This document shows, one piece after another, positions 21,629-31,673 of a stretch of 64,000 nucleotides of DNA. Positions within the stretch are counted from its first letter, which is position 1, and every line of letters begins with the position of its first letter. The DNA is taken from IMG/VR virus record IMGVR_UViG_3300021963_004241, positions 32,001 through 96,000 of that record, one strand, 5' to 3'. Under the pieces are notes generated by a model. That model saw only the letters and a list, made by a program, of their open reading frames with translations, searched no databases and had not been told where the DNA came from. A program made the position numbers and the translations under genes. The stretch is from a virus.

Positions 21629-22183
21629 TTAAACTCCTAGTCTAGTATTAACAACATCCCAATCGATTATTCTCCAAATATTTGATAGGTATTTGGCCTT
21701 ATCTTGTTGATAATCTAATGCCCAGGCGTGTTCCCAAGCATCTATCAACAGAGCAATCTTCATCGTGTTTTTGTATTCGTGATTGTGTATGGTATGCAAG
21801 TCTCCAGCGGTGTCCATGTAGATCCAATTTGATCCTTGTGCTGCCATAAACTCTTTTTCAAATGCTTTTTTAAATTCTTCAAAGCTTCCATATTTTTCTT
21901 CGATTAAATCCTTGCTTGCACCAATAGCTTTATTTGCAGCTCTTGGGGGAGTTAGATTATTGAAAAATAAATTATGAAGGACAGCACCTCCGTAGTTAAA
22001 ATCCGGGTCGCCTTCACCTTTATTATATCTCTCTGAATACTTAGAAGCAAGCCCATCGTAATGGTATTTTATAGTTGCTTCGCTCATAACGGGATCAAGC
22101 TCATCTTTTTTAAATTTGAGCTTATCTTGTTTTAATTCTCGTTGATCTTTAGATTCTGTTAAACTTTTAATAAAATGTAGCAT
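21629..22183 (-). CDS. sod: Fe/Mn superoxide dismutase
   Basis: HNLFF, DAWEHAW metal-ligand motif. Confidence 0.88.
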   Translation of the reverse strand: MLHFIKSLTESKDQRELKQDKLKFKKDELDPVMSEATIKYHYDGLASKYSERYNKGEGDPDFNYGGAVLHNLFFNNLTPPRAANKAIGASKDLIEEKYGSFEEFKKAFEKEFMAAQGSNWIYMDTAGDLHTIHNHEYKNTMKIALLIDAWEHAWALDYQQDKAKYLSNIWRIIDWDVVNTRLGV

Positions 22184-22227
22184 ACCTATATTTACCGCGC
22201 TAAATATTCCACAAGGAGATTTATAAA

Positions 22228-22515
22228 ATGCTTGGATTACTCAAAAAACTTTTTGGCGGTAAAACTGAAGAGGCACCAAAAGCAGAAGCCCCATACAAGG
22301 TTGAAGCACCTACTACTGTAGCAGAACAAGCTACTGAGGCAATGGTAGCATCTACAGCACCAGCTGCTTGGCCATTCCCAGATGCACAAAAGCCTGCGGA
22401 ACCCGTAGCAGAAGCTGCACCTAAAAAGAAAAAAGCGCCAGCAAAAAAGGCTGCTCCAAAAACTAAAGCAGCCCCTGCTGAGAAAAAACCACGTACTAAG
22501 AAATCAAAGTCCTAA
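22228..22515 (+). CDS. Lys/Ala/Pro-rich small protein (histone-like tail)
   Basis: AAGGAG RBS; PKKKKAPAKKAAPK low-complexity C-terminus. Confidence 0.7.
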   Translation: MLGLLKKLFGGKTEEAPKAEAPYKVEAPTTVAEQATEAMVASTAPAAWPFPDAQKPAEPVAEAAPKKKKAPAKKAAPKTKAAPAEKKPRTKKSKS

Positions 22516-23529
22516 GCTTTTGGCTTCTTCGTAAAGTGCAAAGCTGGCTAAATTCTTAGCCTTGCTTTCGCACATAATGTCGTGTGTTTCTCTAAAGCTC
22601 AGAGCCCATCTGTTAACTGCTGTATTCCAGTAGAAGTCAGAATGAGCTCTGAGTTTTGCTTTCTTGTAACCATTTTCTAGAAGAACGGGATAGTCGGGCA
22701 TTGTATTTGAGCAATGTCCATTGAGAATATCTTCACGGCTAACGGAATAGTGACACACAGGACGAACACCACGCCAGCTATCAATGACTTTCTGCACTCG
22801 GGCATCTGTTGGTACAATATACTCACCTTCACGACACCAGTGATGATGTATATCGAGCACGATAGGTACAACATCAGAAATAGTAAGACAGTCATCTAAC
22901 CCCCAAGCGTTTTCTTCGTTTTCAATAGTAATAGTATTACGTGCTTCGGGTGTTAGGCGAGCCAACGCAGCACGTATTCCATCGGGGCCTCGTCGACCCG
23001 CGATATGAACGTTGATTTTAAAGTCTTGAAACGTTTGACCAAACCCCATCCAGCGAGCCATGTCCACATGGTATTCAAACTCCTCAATTGATCGATTTAC
23101 AATATCATCGTTATCAGATGCAAGCACAGTAAACTGGCCAGGGTGAAAAGACAACCGAACATTATTCGAACGAGCCACATCTCCGATTTGTCCAAATCCT
23201 CTTTCGCAATAGTTTCTAGTATCGGGAAGCCGCCAAAACCAGCTCCAAGTAGGCTCAGTGTAGACAGGAAGTATATCGCTGCTGAGTCGTACCATTCTAA
23301 GATTTTCATCGAGCCCTCCTACACGCTCTACAAGTTTACGAGTTGCTTCGATGTTTTGGACCATTAGATCCCACAGCTTTTGTTCAGCAACTGCCTTGTC
23401 TTGTCTATTTAACCAGGCCACTGTAGTAGCACCAGTGTTGTAGATCTTACACTCATCTTTGGGTTTAATACCGTCCACTTGATCAGGGCGGTCGATCCAT
23501 TTGCAGGCAAAGCCGATACGTTTAGTCAT
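22504..23529 (-). CDS. uvsE: UV damage endonuclease
   Basis: RIGFACK, RLSSD, RLSFHPGQF, LDIHHH, HSD, MCESKAK. Confidence 0.92.
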   Translation of the reverse strand: MTKRIGFACKWIDRPDQVDGIKPKDECKIYNTGATTVAWLNRQDKAVAEQKLWDLMVQNIEATRKLVERVGGLDENLRMVRLSSDILPVYTEPTWSWFWRLPDTRNYCERGFGQIGDVARSNNVRLSFHPGQFTVLASDNDDIVNRSIEEFEYHVDMARWMGFGQTFQDFKINVHIAGRRGPDGIRAALARLTPEARNTITIENEENAWGLDDCLTISDVVPIVLDIHHHWCREGEYIVPTDARVQKVIDSWRGVRPVCHYSVSREDILNGHCSNTMPDYPVLLENGYKKAKLRAHSDFYWNTAVNRWALSFRETHDIMCESKAKNLASFALYEEAKSLGL

Positions 23530-23547
23530 ATAAGCAGTATAACGTCA

Positions 23548-24267
23548 TTAACGCCAGTTGTCAACAATAACAGGATCTTCAACATCGTGTGGATTTGGAG
23601 TTCCGTGGAATGCCAATATACAAGTACCTTTTGGAACTATAGGATCGATTACTTGTTTAAAGAAGAACTGACCTCCTCTTCTTTCTAACTCGGATTGATT
23701 TCTAATTTCCCATTTATAACTGCGTATCCATTCTGCTGGAAAAAATTTAATCTCGTCTCTGTATAAAGACCAGATGTATTCCTGGTCTCCGGCAAATCTA
23801 CTGCATATATTAGGATCTTGTTCTATTGTAGTCCATATCCTAGAGTAGTTGTCTCCTCGCCATTTTAACACAGCACTGCCTAACTTAGGTGCTCGGTATC
23901 CGAATACTCTTCCGACATCTTCTAATCCTACAAATTTGTCAGGTTCAAAAGAAAAAAAGTGATCGATGTTTTTTACAATAACCATGTCAAGGTCTATAAA
24001 GAAGTTGGTATCTTTAGAATCGAAATGACCTTTTTTAAAAATATACGGTTTCCACCACCATCCTCGATAGTTTCCGGCAGGCAGCATTCTTATATCTATA
24101 TCAGGATTTAACCCTGCCGCATTATCTGTAAAGCAGATAAAATTATAGGGCAAGGTTAAATTTCTAGATATCATGTTGAATAGTTTGTTAACATACTCGG
24201 GGCCGTATTTGTCCCCGTGTTTCAAACAGACAATATTAACCTTCGTAGGTTGCGCTGTTTCCTGCAT
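23548..24267 (-). CDS. glycosyltransferase (GT-A-like)
   Basis: CLKHGDKYGPEYV, WWWKP, FIDLD (DxD), GDQ, FHG.PNP; start taken at the ATG inside the queD 3' end. Confidence 0.75.
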   Translation of the reverse strand: MQETAQPTKVNIVCLKHGDKYGPEYVNKLFNMISRNLTLPYNFICFTDNAAGLNPDIDIRMLPAGNYRGWWWKPYIFKKGHFDSKDTNFFIDLDMVIVKNIDHFFSFEPDKFVGLEDVGRVFGYRAPKLGSAVLKWRGDNYSRIWTTIEQDPNICSRFAGDQEYIWSLYRDEIKFFPAEWIRSYKWEIRNQSELERRGGQFFFKQVIDPIVPKGTCILAFHGTPNPHDVEDPVIVDNWR

Positions 24268-24802
24268 GCTCGAATACTTTTGCAGAACGAAGTTTAACAC
24301 CTGAGCCAGTTGGATAACGTGCTTCAAAGACACGCCCGTCTGGATGGGTCCATCCTCGTCCTTCTTGATATGCTGCTAGTATTTCAGACATTGTTTGATA
24401 TGCTAGTTCAGCAAACTTTTCGCAACCGACCGCATCTACAATTCTAAGATCGCAAAGTGCTCTGCGTTCGTGGGGTTTAACAGCTTCTAAAGATCCTGTT
24501 CCAGATATAGGAGGATCACCGAGGTTACTCATTTGCCTGAAAAAGTTTAGATGAGGATCATCTTTAGCAACTACTAGAGTATGATCGAATTGCCATTCGC
24601 TCCATTCTTTGAATGCTTTGAGACCTCCAAAGTCCATAACCCAATTACGATCGTCTAATGTTTCAGATTCGAAAACGAGTTCGATACCGATTGAGTAACC
24701 GTGAATTAATGAGCAGTGTGAGTGTGTAGAACGCCATTGGCGGAAGCAACAACTAAGTCCTCTGTCGTTGCCATAAGTTTTTGTAGAAAGATATTTTGCC
24801 AT
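24236..24802 (-). CDS. queD: 6-pyruvoyl/6-carboxy-tetrahydropterin synthase (QueD-like)
   Basis: HCSLIHGY, WVMDFGGLK, FDH, GCEKFAE; AAGGAG RBS before MAKYLS. Confidence 0.85.
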   Translation of the reverse strand: MAKYLSTKTYGNDRGLSCCFRQWRSTHSHCSLIHGYSIGIELVFESETLDDRNWVMDFGGLKAFKEWSEWQFDHTLVVAKDDPHLNFFRQMSNLGDPPISGTGSLEAVKPHERRALCDLRIVDAVGCEKFAELAYQTMSEILAAYQEGRGWTHPDGRVFEARYPTGSGVKLRSAKVFEHAGNSATYEG

Positions 24803-24888
24803 CTCTAGTCTCCTTGTAAAAGTAGCAAGTTTGATGACATGCAGAGTATTTAAAGTGGGATGAACGCCTAAGACCACTAACCAGTAGT

Positions 24889-25494
24889 TTACAGAGTTGC
24901 ATTGAAAATGTCAATGTCTTTAACAACAACATTCTCCAAATCCCATTGCCTTGGTAACTGCCAATTGGACTTGTTGTAAACTACGAAGTATTTATCAGGA
25001 AAACTTTCGAAGACCTTTGAGATCTGATAGACCCAATAGCTGTGGTCAATAGCGTGACTATCTGATTTAGAATAGTTTTGAGTTCCTTTATATACGTTAT
25101 TGACTTTGCCGTCGATGCCGTATAAATCAAATCCGATCATTTCAACAGTACTGGGATAATCCAATGCTGCCAACAGTGCAGCATATGGTCCACTACCCCA
25201 GTGCCAGGGGTCGTCTTCTCTGTTTGTTCCAGCATACGGCAAGTTGGGAACTACTCTAACCTGTGGGAATTGTTTGTAGTTGTTTATCCAATCTGTCCTG
25301 GTATAAATTTTAGATATTTTTTTAAGACTGACTAGTGCTTCGTCAACCATTCGAGAGTCAACACAGATCAAATGATCTACATAATGATCTCTAAAAATAG
25401 CATTGCACCCGTATTTGGTACAATGTATTAAATCTAGATTTATATTTTTTCTGCTTTCACCGTTACCAATGACGAGAGTTTTGTCTGATAGCAT
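24889..25494 (-). CDS. DUF115/MptE-like nucleotide-binding protein
   Basis: VIGNGESR, GCNA, MIGFD motifs. Confidence 0.55.
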   Translation of the reverse strand: MLSDKTLVIGNGESRKNINLDLIHCTKYGCNAIFRDHYVDHLICVDSRMVDEALVSLKKISKIYTRTDWINNYKQFPQVRVVPNLPYAGTNREDDPWHWGSGPYAALLAALDYPSTVEMIGFDLYGIDGKVNNVYKGTQNYSKSDSHAIDHSYWVYQISKVFESFPDKYFVVYNKSNWQLPRQWDLENVVVKDIDIFNATL

Positions 25495-25514
25495 TACGCT
25501 ATTTAAAAAGATTT

Positions 25515-26384
25515 TTAATTGTGATTAAAAATTTGACCGAAAGGTAACCATTGTCCTGGGCGACCTGCTTGCACACAAACCCATCCAACACATTTACCTA
25601 GATTAGGTTCAGTGTTCCACAATATATCACCTTGTGTAAAGCTGCCGTCGCTTGGAGGTTCAGTTCCGCTTAGGTGTAGGTTATTATTAAATTTAATAGA
25701 ACCACCTACATGCAATTGGACTCTAGGATCTACAGAATTGACATTTACACCCAATGTACCATTTATAGACACTTTAGTTGGACCGAAGTTTTTATTTCCA
25801 AGGTCAATGTCTCCGTTAGCCTTAACGGTAATTCTGGATGTACTGTCCGTAACGATATCGAAATCATCAGAAGCAAAGGTTCCTATTTGTGCCCTAAACT
25901 CTTCAGAAGTACCAATAATAATCTCAACACCGTGTTCAGCTACGCTAATGGCAGCATTTGGACTATCTGTTCCGATGCCCAATCTATCCGAAGCAGCATC
26001 ATAATATAAGTACTCGTTTATGATTAGATTGCCATCTACTATTAAACTTTTTAATCTTCCTACTTCTCTTAGGCTGCTAGAGCTAACACTAGGACCTAGA
26101 GAAGATTCTGACAATACAGGAACACCACCTACGCTGTAGATTTTATCTTTGGCGATATCGATGTTTTCTGTAGTAAACAACTTATCAGAATTACCAGATA
26201 GGATCAGCTGTTTAGTGATTCCTTTACCAGACCAAATCAATCCTTTGCCAACAAGATTTCCGTCTTTGCCTGCTTTAAATTCTACAAATGGCACATTCAC
26301 AAGACTTACATCTTGTGTTCTTTCTTCTAATAATTCTTTCAGTGCAGAAGTTATTGTTTCTAAATTTTTATCTAACGAGCTCAT
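25515..26384 (-). CDS. tail-fibre-like structural protein (paralogue of next gene)
   Basis: GKGLIW, RLGIGTDSPNA, GDILWN..P..G..GWVC...G.PG.W..FG. Confidence 0.65.
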   Translation of the reverse strand: MSSLDKNLETITSALKELLEERTQDVSLVNVPFVEFKAGKDGNLVGKGLIWSGKGITKQLILSGNSDKLFTTENIDIAKDKIYSVGGVPVLSESSLGPSVSSSSLREVGRLKSLIVDGNLIINEYLYYDAASDRLGIGTDSPNAAISVAEHGVEIIIGTSEEFRAQIGTFASDDFDIVTDSTSRITVKANGDIDLGNKNFGPTKVSINGTLGVNVNSVDPRVQLHVGGSIKFNNNLHLSGTEPPSDGSFTQGDILWNTEPNLGKCVGWVCVQAGRPGQWLPFGQIFNHN

Positions 26385-27511
26385 AAATTAACTATTGCTC
26401 CAAATGGTGACCAGGTTCCTGGACTACCTGATTGTGTGCATACCCAACCAACATAACCTCCTACGTGAGGATAGTTGTTCCAAACAATATCTCCTTGATC
26501 GTAGTCACCGGATGTTGGAGAATTGTTTCCGTATTCGTGTCTATGACCGTGGAACTTGATAGGACCGGCAACATGAAGATCTACGTCCGGATCTGGGACA
26601 TTCACCCTAACAGCTAGTTTGCCGTGTATTCCTACTTGTATAGGAGGCATTTTGTTATTGCCTAGAGTGATGTTGCCGTTTGCGGCTATAGAAATTCTAG
26701 TAGTGTTATCAGTAACAATATCAAATGCTTGCCCGGCAAAGGTACCGACCATTCCTTTAGTATTGTTGATAGTGCCTAGCATCACTTCGATACCATCTTC
26801 GGCTACACTGATTGCTGCGTTAGGAGCATCAACACCTAATCCTAGTCTGTTGGTAATAGAATCAAAAAATAGATATTCTGCTATTTCAACGTCGCCATCT
26901 ACTTTTAATTCTCTCAGTCTGCCTAATTCTTTTAGATTACTTTTAGTTACAGAAGGTCCAAGTGTGTTTGAAGAAAGCACACCAATACCGCCAATGGAAA
27001 ATGATTTTTCTGCTGCTAGATCAAAATGTTCTGTACTAAACAGCCTATCAGGATTTCCTGACATTACCAATTGCTTAGTAATTCCCCAACCAGTCCAAAG
27101 CAACCCTTTTCCGTATGGGCTGTCACCTTTGATCGCTTTAAATTCTAATGGAGATGTCTTTTCTAATTTGAGATCAGCTTTGATTTCTCCAACCTCCAAT
27201 ACTGCTGCTTTTATCGTTCCCGTTACAGTGAGATCGCCTTCTGTAGTCACGGGACCTTGCAGTACTGAAGTGGTTATTTTGTTTGTTACTATGCCGTCGT
27301 CGTTAACTTGTAAAACTAGATCTTTAGCACTATCTTTGATTCCTGTGCTGGCAAAATTTACGATTTTCCCGCCAGAGATATGATCACCGGTAAGCCCTCT
27401 TTTCGGCATAGCTAATACCAGTTGTGTTGGATCTAGAGCGGCTTTATCTGCTATGTTATTGAGATGTTTTCCGAGATCTTGAAGGATAGAATCAATAGTT
27501 TGTTTGGTCAT
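26381..27511 (-). CDS. tail-fibre-like structural protein (paralogue of previous gene)
   Basis: Same motifs as 25515-26384; start MTKQ follows TAAATA. Confidence 0.65.
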   Translation of the reverse strand: MTKQTIDSILQDLGKHLNNIADKAALDPTQLVLAMPKRGLTGDHISGGKIVNFASTGIKDSAKDLVLQVNDDGIVTNKITTSVLQGPVTTEGDLTVTGTIKAAVLEVGEIKADLKLEKTSPLEFKAIKGDSPYGKGLLWTGWGITKQLVMSGNPDRLFSTEHFDLAAEKSFSIGGIGVLSSNTLGPSVTKSNLKELGRLRELKVDGDVEIAEYLFFDSITNRLGLGVDAPNAAISVAEDGIEVMLGTINNTKGMVGTFAGQAFDIVTDNTTRISIAANGNITLGNNKMPPIQVGIHGKLAVRVNVPDPDVDLHVAGPIKFHGHRHEYGNNSPTSGDYDQGDIVWNNYPHVGGYVGWVCTQSGSPGTWSPFGAIVNL

Positions 27512-27532
27512 AGTACTGTATTTATCAGCCAA

Positions 27533-27556
27533 TAAAAAAGCGGGCCGGAGCCCGCT
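27533..27556 (-). terminator. intrinsic terminator
   Basis: AGCGGGC-TCCG-GCCCGCT followed by a T-run on the minus strand. Confidence 0.8.
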
Positions 27557-27577
27557 GGTTACTGAGTAATTACTTTG

Positions 27578-28747
27578 TTATTGTATTTTTAACAGCACAG
27601 TTTCTTCGTTAATACGACCATTCATTTTAGTATCAACAGCATTGATATCTTCAAGGAATTTTCGTAGTGCTACTTTACCAGCAGATTTAAACTCTTTGAG
27701 TTTCTCTTCAGGCTTACGCAGGGTCTTTTGAACGCTGAGATTTTCGCTAAATCCTGTGATGCTGGTTCCTTTAATACCCAATTCCATGTATTCATTGGCA
27801 ACATATTTGCCTAATTTGCGTGTTTTAGTATTGTAAACCCACAGCTCTTTAGAACCAATAATGTCAGCAGGATTAATCGATACTAGTTTCAGCGGCTCAA
27901 AAGTTTTAGCATATTTCACTTTAGCTACAAGTTTATCTTTGCTCACGGTCTTTTTGGCACGTGGCTTGCGATTAACTTTAGCTTCCTGCATCAGCATATT
28001 GCAGGCACTAAGAATTTCGTTATAGAAAGAGACGATCTTCTTAACATCTGCTTTGCTAAGGTGTCTATAAGCTTCTTTAAGCTGCTCGCACTTGCCTTCT
28101 TGTAGTTCGACATACTCGTCGTGTTGACGTTGATAAAAGTCACGAATAATTCGAGCGTGTGCAGCCTTGGCGTCTTTGCCTTTAAGGAGATTAAGAACTT
28201 TAAATGCTTTTGGATCGAAGGTTGCAGGATCTTCAGCAAACAGCTCTAGGGCATCTTCAATTTCTTCTGCCATTTTATAGCTGGCTTCTCTTACACGTTC
28301 CTGGATACTGATCTGCGGAACAGCTGATACTGGTTCTGCAGTTTCTTCATCTTCAGCATCATCGCGACCTTCATTAATGACATTCTGGATAGCATTACGT
28401 AACCAGGTATCAGTATTACGACCCTCATTGAAATCAGGACGAAGGTCGGGCATTCCTTTAAGAAGATTGGCTGCTACGGCACCCATTGTAAGTCCACAAC
28501 GATTATCTTTAGTTTTCTTAAAAGCAGAAATCTGATCTTTAGTATAACCGTTACGACCCATCCAATCAATAACTTTTGGTTTTAATTCTTTACCGCTTTT
28601 TTCAAGACGATACCATTCCATTGATCGGCGGAAGTGTTTAGAGAATTCGTCAGCTGACCAGGTTTCGTGACCATCCCACTTTGGGCTGAGATCACGTCCT
28701 TTGTTTTCACGAACAGCGATAGACAACTTCTTTGTTTTGGTTACCAA
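27578..28747 (-). CDS. conserved phage protein (389 aa)
   Basis: Long ORF, AGGAG RBS, TTG start, upstream TTGACA-N17-TACACT. Confidence 0.8.
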   Translation of the reverse strand: MVTKTKKLSIAVRENKGRDLSPKWDGHETWSADEFSKHFRRSMEWYRLEKSGKELKPKVIDWMGRNGYTKDQISAFKKTKDNRCGLTMGAVAANLLKGMPDLRPDFNEGRNTDTWLRNAIQNVINEGRDDAEDEETAEPVSAVPQISIQERVREASYKMAEEIEDALELFAEDPATFDPKAFKVLNLLKGKDAKAAHARIIRDFYQRQHDEYVELQEGKCEQLKEAYRHLSKADVKKIVSFYNEILSACNMLMQEAKVNRKPRAKKTVSKDKLVAKVKYAKTFEPLKLVSINPADIIGSKELWVYNTKTRKLGKYVANEYMELGIKGTSITGFSENLSVQKTLRKPEEKLKEFKSAGKVALRKFLEDINAVDTKMNGRINEETVLLKIQ

Positions 28748-28810
28748 TTTAGGCTCCTGTTGTTAAGTTAAACAAAATAATACTTAGTGTAACTTCGAAA
28801 AAACATTCTG

Positions 28811-29005
28811 TCAATCAAGTACGAATCTCTGGAATTCTTCCAAATCACCATCTTCGGTTTCGCGATAGATCACTGTTTCTGTAAAGCCTTCGTCTAATGT
28901 TCTTTCGGCTAGTTCCATCGCTTCTTTTTGACTTTTAGTTGTTTCGATTAACTGTTCGTGTCCTGCCTCGTCAACGGCCCAGACCTCATAGAGTTCCCAG
29001 GTCAT
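28811..29005 (-). CDS. hypothetical protein (64 aa)
   Basis: ORF track. Confidence 0.65.
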   Translation of the reverse strand: MTWELYEVWAVDEAGHEQLIETTKSQKEAMELAERTLDEGFTETVIYRETEDGDLEEFQRFVLD

Positions 29006-29028
29006 TTTATCTCACTTATCTCCTTGAA

Positions 29029-29625
29029 TTAAACAAATTTTTTCCAATCTCCATCGGGCGCCACTGCCCAACCAAGACGTTGGAGATCATTCCGGATCTC
29101 GTCGGTTATACAGCCTTCCGGCACGTATCTGTCAACAACAGCCTTTCTGGCTAATTGTTCTTCGGTAAATTCTTCGTTTTCTTTAGCAGGTGAATAGATT
29201 CCGATATCCCTTATACCTGAACAGTACCAATCTATGTAATCACCTTTTTGTTGCATGTCGGCAACGATGCCTCCGGCATAACGCCAAGAGGCGCTCCAAA
29301 AATCTTTCTCTGGATCTTGCCTAAGAATCGGAACGACTTCCATTTTGATAAAGTCATTATTGCACATTGCCGCATATAAGTTTTGGGCATAGGCATCATC
29401 AGCACGAGCTTTTTCCAGGATCCAATCGGTGGTTAGGAGATCGTATTCCATGTTGTCGATTCTGCTTTGGGGATCTTCAAATTTACGATCGTGATCGTCG
29501 AGGACCTTTTCAAAATAATCTAGGTATGCTTCGCTGGGAGGTTCACCTTTTTCCTCCATTCTTTTAACATACCCTTCTTTTTGAAAGGAGTGCCGCTGTG
29601 GGCTCTTAGACACAGTCTTGTTCAT
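29029..29625 (-). CDS. hypothetical protein (198 aa)
   Basis: ORF track; YAQNLYAAMCNN / GDYIDWYCSG motifs. Confidence 0.75.
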   Translation of the reverse strand: MNKTVSKSPQRHSFQKEGYVKRMEEKGEPPSEAYLDYFEKVLDDHDRKFEDPQSRIDNMEYDLLTTDWILEKARADDAYAQNLYAAMCNNDFIKMEVVPILRQDPEKDFWSASWRYAGGIVADMQQKGDYIDWYCSGIRDIGIYSPAKENEEFTEEQLARKAVVDRYVPEGCITDEIRNDLQRLGWAVAPDGDWKKFV

Positions 29626-29995
29626 TTGCTTCTTTTACAGCTTGTATATTTTCTTTTTTAGAAAGTCTTTTATTACGGAATTCTTTAACATCTTTAATAG
29701 ATGATTTTAAAGTTTCTGCATAGTTCAATGCAGTCTGTTCGGACATAGTAAGAACTGTTTCCTGTTGTAGATAACCTTTAGTAAGTAAAGTCCAAATCTG
29801 TTTAAATCGATTCATTGACCACCAAGGACTTTTTACAGTTGAATAGATCGTTACAGTAACACCTACATCTTCAGCCTCTATCCAAAGATCGTGAGTATGC
29901 CAATCTGCACCACAGTCACAGACTACGTGATACATTTTTGAATCACCCCATTCGTTCTTTTTAAGAATACCTTCCGCAGGTGTTTGTAATTTCAT
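29606..29995 (-). CDS. hypothetical protein (129 aa)
   Basis: ORF track; CDC..H motif. Confidence 0.7.
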   Translation of the reverse strand: MKLQTPAEGILKKNEWGDSKMYHVVCDCGADWHTHDLWIEAEDVGVTVTIYSTVKSPWWSMNRFKQIWTLLTKGYLQQETVLTMSEQTALNYAETLKSSIKDVKEFRNKRLSKKENIQAVKEANEQDCV

Positions 29996-30267
29996 TGCAG
30001 TTTCCTATTCCGTGGCATACCCATGGATTCTAATTCGTTTAATTCTTCTTCGTCAAAAAAATGTTCAGCTAACTGTGCAAGAATTTCAGGGGGGAGATCA
30101 TCCGGATCAACCATCCTACCAGAAGATTTAATTTCTTCGTGTGTTTTTCCTTCGAACATTTTTTGAATATCTTTAACAAGCTCGTTGAGTTCTTCTTGGG
30201 TTCCCTCGAAGTGATCGAAGCAACCGGGTGCAAATACAACCTTGGTTTCTTTCTTTTCATCAGTCAT
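29992..30267 (-). CDS. hypothetical protein (91 aa)
   Basis: ORF track; ATGA coupling. Confidence 0.7.
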   Translation of the reverse strand: MTDEKKETKVVFAPGCFDHFEGTQEELNELVKDIQKMFEGKTHEEIKSSGRMVDPDDLPPEILAQLAEHFFDEEELNELESMGMPRNRKLQ

Positions 30268-30434
30268 TGTAATGCTTTCTTAAATTGGTGTTTAAGCCAA
30301 TACTTGTGTTTGGCCCAATACTCTTTTATTTTATATGGGGATTCGCCATATGTCAAATGTTCTTCGGAGTTTTCTATCCAAAGTTGATAAACCCACGCCC
30401 GGAATCTACTAGGAGTTTTTGGAGTTAAGTCCAT
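30264..30434 (-). CDS. small hypothetical protein (56 aa, not in ORF track)
   Basis: MDLTPKTPSRFRAWVYQLWIENSEEH...KALQ*; fills the gap and overlaps both neighbours. Confidence 0.65.
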   Translation of the reverse strand: MDLTPKTPSRFRAWVYQLWIENSEEHLTYGESPYKIKEYWAKHKYWLKHQFKKALQ

Positions 30435-31234
30435 AACGATTCGCGAATTTTAATAAGACGGATCATCATTTCTTCATCTTCTTTATTGTATGCTTCTTCA
30501 AGCTCTCTGGTTTTATTAAGGGCAGTATTACACATTTCTGCCATTTCGGGAGTTTTATCTTCCATATCTAAAAGATGATAACCTTTTTCGCGGCGAAGAT
30601 TACAGTAAGCAGTCCAACCGCTAGCGTCGTGAACATCTGGACGATTTGGATAAATTTCTTTCCACCAGGTATAGAGCTCTAAGATTTCTTTAGCAGCTTT
30701 GGCTTGATATGTAGGTTCTTCCTGTTCGCCTTCTTGGATGAACTCTTTGTTAGTTAGAGTCTTTGCCCAATTTAGATAAGCAATGCCAGCTTCTGGACAC
30801 CGCCAGTTTCGATACCAACGACGCCACCAGGGATAGCTGTGCTTTTTACGGGCTTCTTCGTCCCATACACAGTGATGCCACGCCTGTTCTATCTCGACGA
30901 AATCCACAAGCTCGTTAAAAAGACAGGGAAGAAAACGATTTCCCACATCACGCCATTCGCCAGGCTTAATGTCCCTAGGATGGGCAGTAAGAGCATGAGT
31001 ACGGGTAATCCAACGATTGTTAATATAGTAGCGAACATCATTAATCCTATCAGGAATGAACATCCAAACGTCTTGGATGTAGTCGAGACCTTCTTCAGCT
31101 AACCACCAACGGAAAGGATATCTGGCTTTGGCAGCTTTCTCCCACTCAGCCCATTCTTTTCCGGTGCCACACTTTAGTTTTGTGGTCCCGCGGATCCAGT
31201 CTGCAAATTTTGAACAAGTCCAGTAATTTCTCAT
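30425..31234 (-). CDS. Trp-rich hypothetical protein (269 aa)
   Basis: ORF track; upstream TTGACA-N17-TATAAT (31244-31272). Confidence 0.8.
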   Translation of the reverse strand: MRNYWTCSKFADWIRGTTKLKCGTGKEWAEWEKAAKARYPFRWWLAEEGLDYIQDVWMFIPDRINDVRYYINNRWITRTHALTAHPRDIKPGEWRDVGNRFLPCLFNELVDFVEIEQAWHHCVWDEEARKKHSYPWWRRWYRNWRCPEAGIAYLNWAKTLTNKEFIQEGEQEEPTYQAKAAKEILELYTWWKEIYPNRPDVHDASGWTAYCNLRREKGYHLLDMEDKTPEMAEMCNTALNKTRELEEAYNKEDEEMMIRLIKIRESLWT

Positions 31235-31289
31235 AGTAAAGTAATTATAAGATATTTTTTAAAACCTGTCAATACTTATGAATTTTGAT

Positions 31290-31673
31290 TCAAAATTTTC
31301 TTTGATATCCGGCTAGATTAAGCATTACAGAATATTGTTCGTAGGCTTTTTGTACAGCAGGATTGGTATTACGATAGTGTGCTTCTTCTCTTTCTTTGTC
31401 CATTAAAGTTTGGAACATATCGACCTCACCCTGACTGTGCCGTTGCCATCTAAAGAATCTGCGCTCCATTTCTATAAGAGTGCGTAGTCTACCTTCTGGT
31501 ATTTCTAAAGTAATGACTTTTTCAGTTTCGTATTCTACAATGTCATTTCGGATGATGTCAGCACGTTCTGGTTCTGTAAAGAATCTGGGAGGGTGATATC
31601 GTGCCCTGCGTTTTTGGTCGTTCAGGACACGAACCTCGTAATTTTGACAGAAATCTTTTAATTCTTCAGTCAT
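31290..31673 (-). CDS. hypothetical protein (127 aa)
   Basis: ORF track. Confidence 0.7.
   Translation of the reverse strand: MTEELKDFCQNYEVRVLNDQKRRARYHPPRFFTEPERADIIRNDIVEYETEKVITLEIPEGRLRTLIEMERRFFRWQRHSQGEVDMFQTLMDKEREEAHYRNTNPAVQKAYEQYSVMLNLAGYQRKF

Noticed and set aside
24236-24333. Non-canonical ACG start for the glycosyltransferase
   Set aside because: An in-frame ATG at 24267 explains the gene without a rare start.
25612-27383. Long antisense ORFs (e.g. 26619-27383, 254 aa), and similar ones opposite the structural genes and thyX
   Set aside because: Shadow ORFs of codon-biased genes on the other strand; no motifs.
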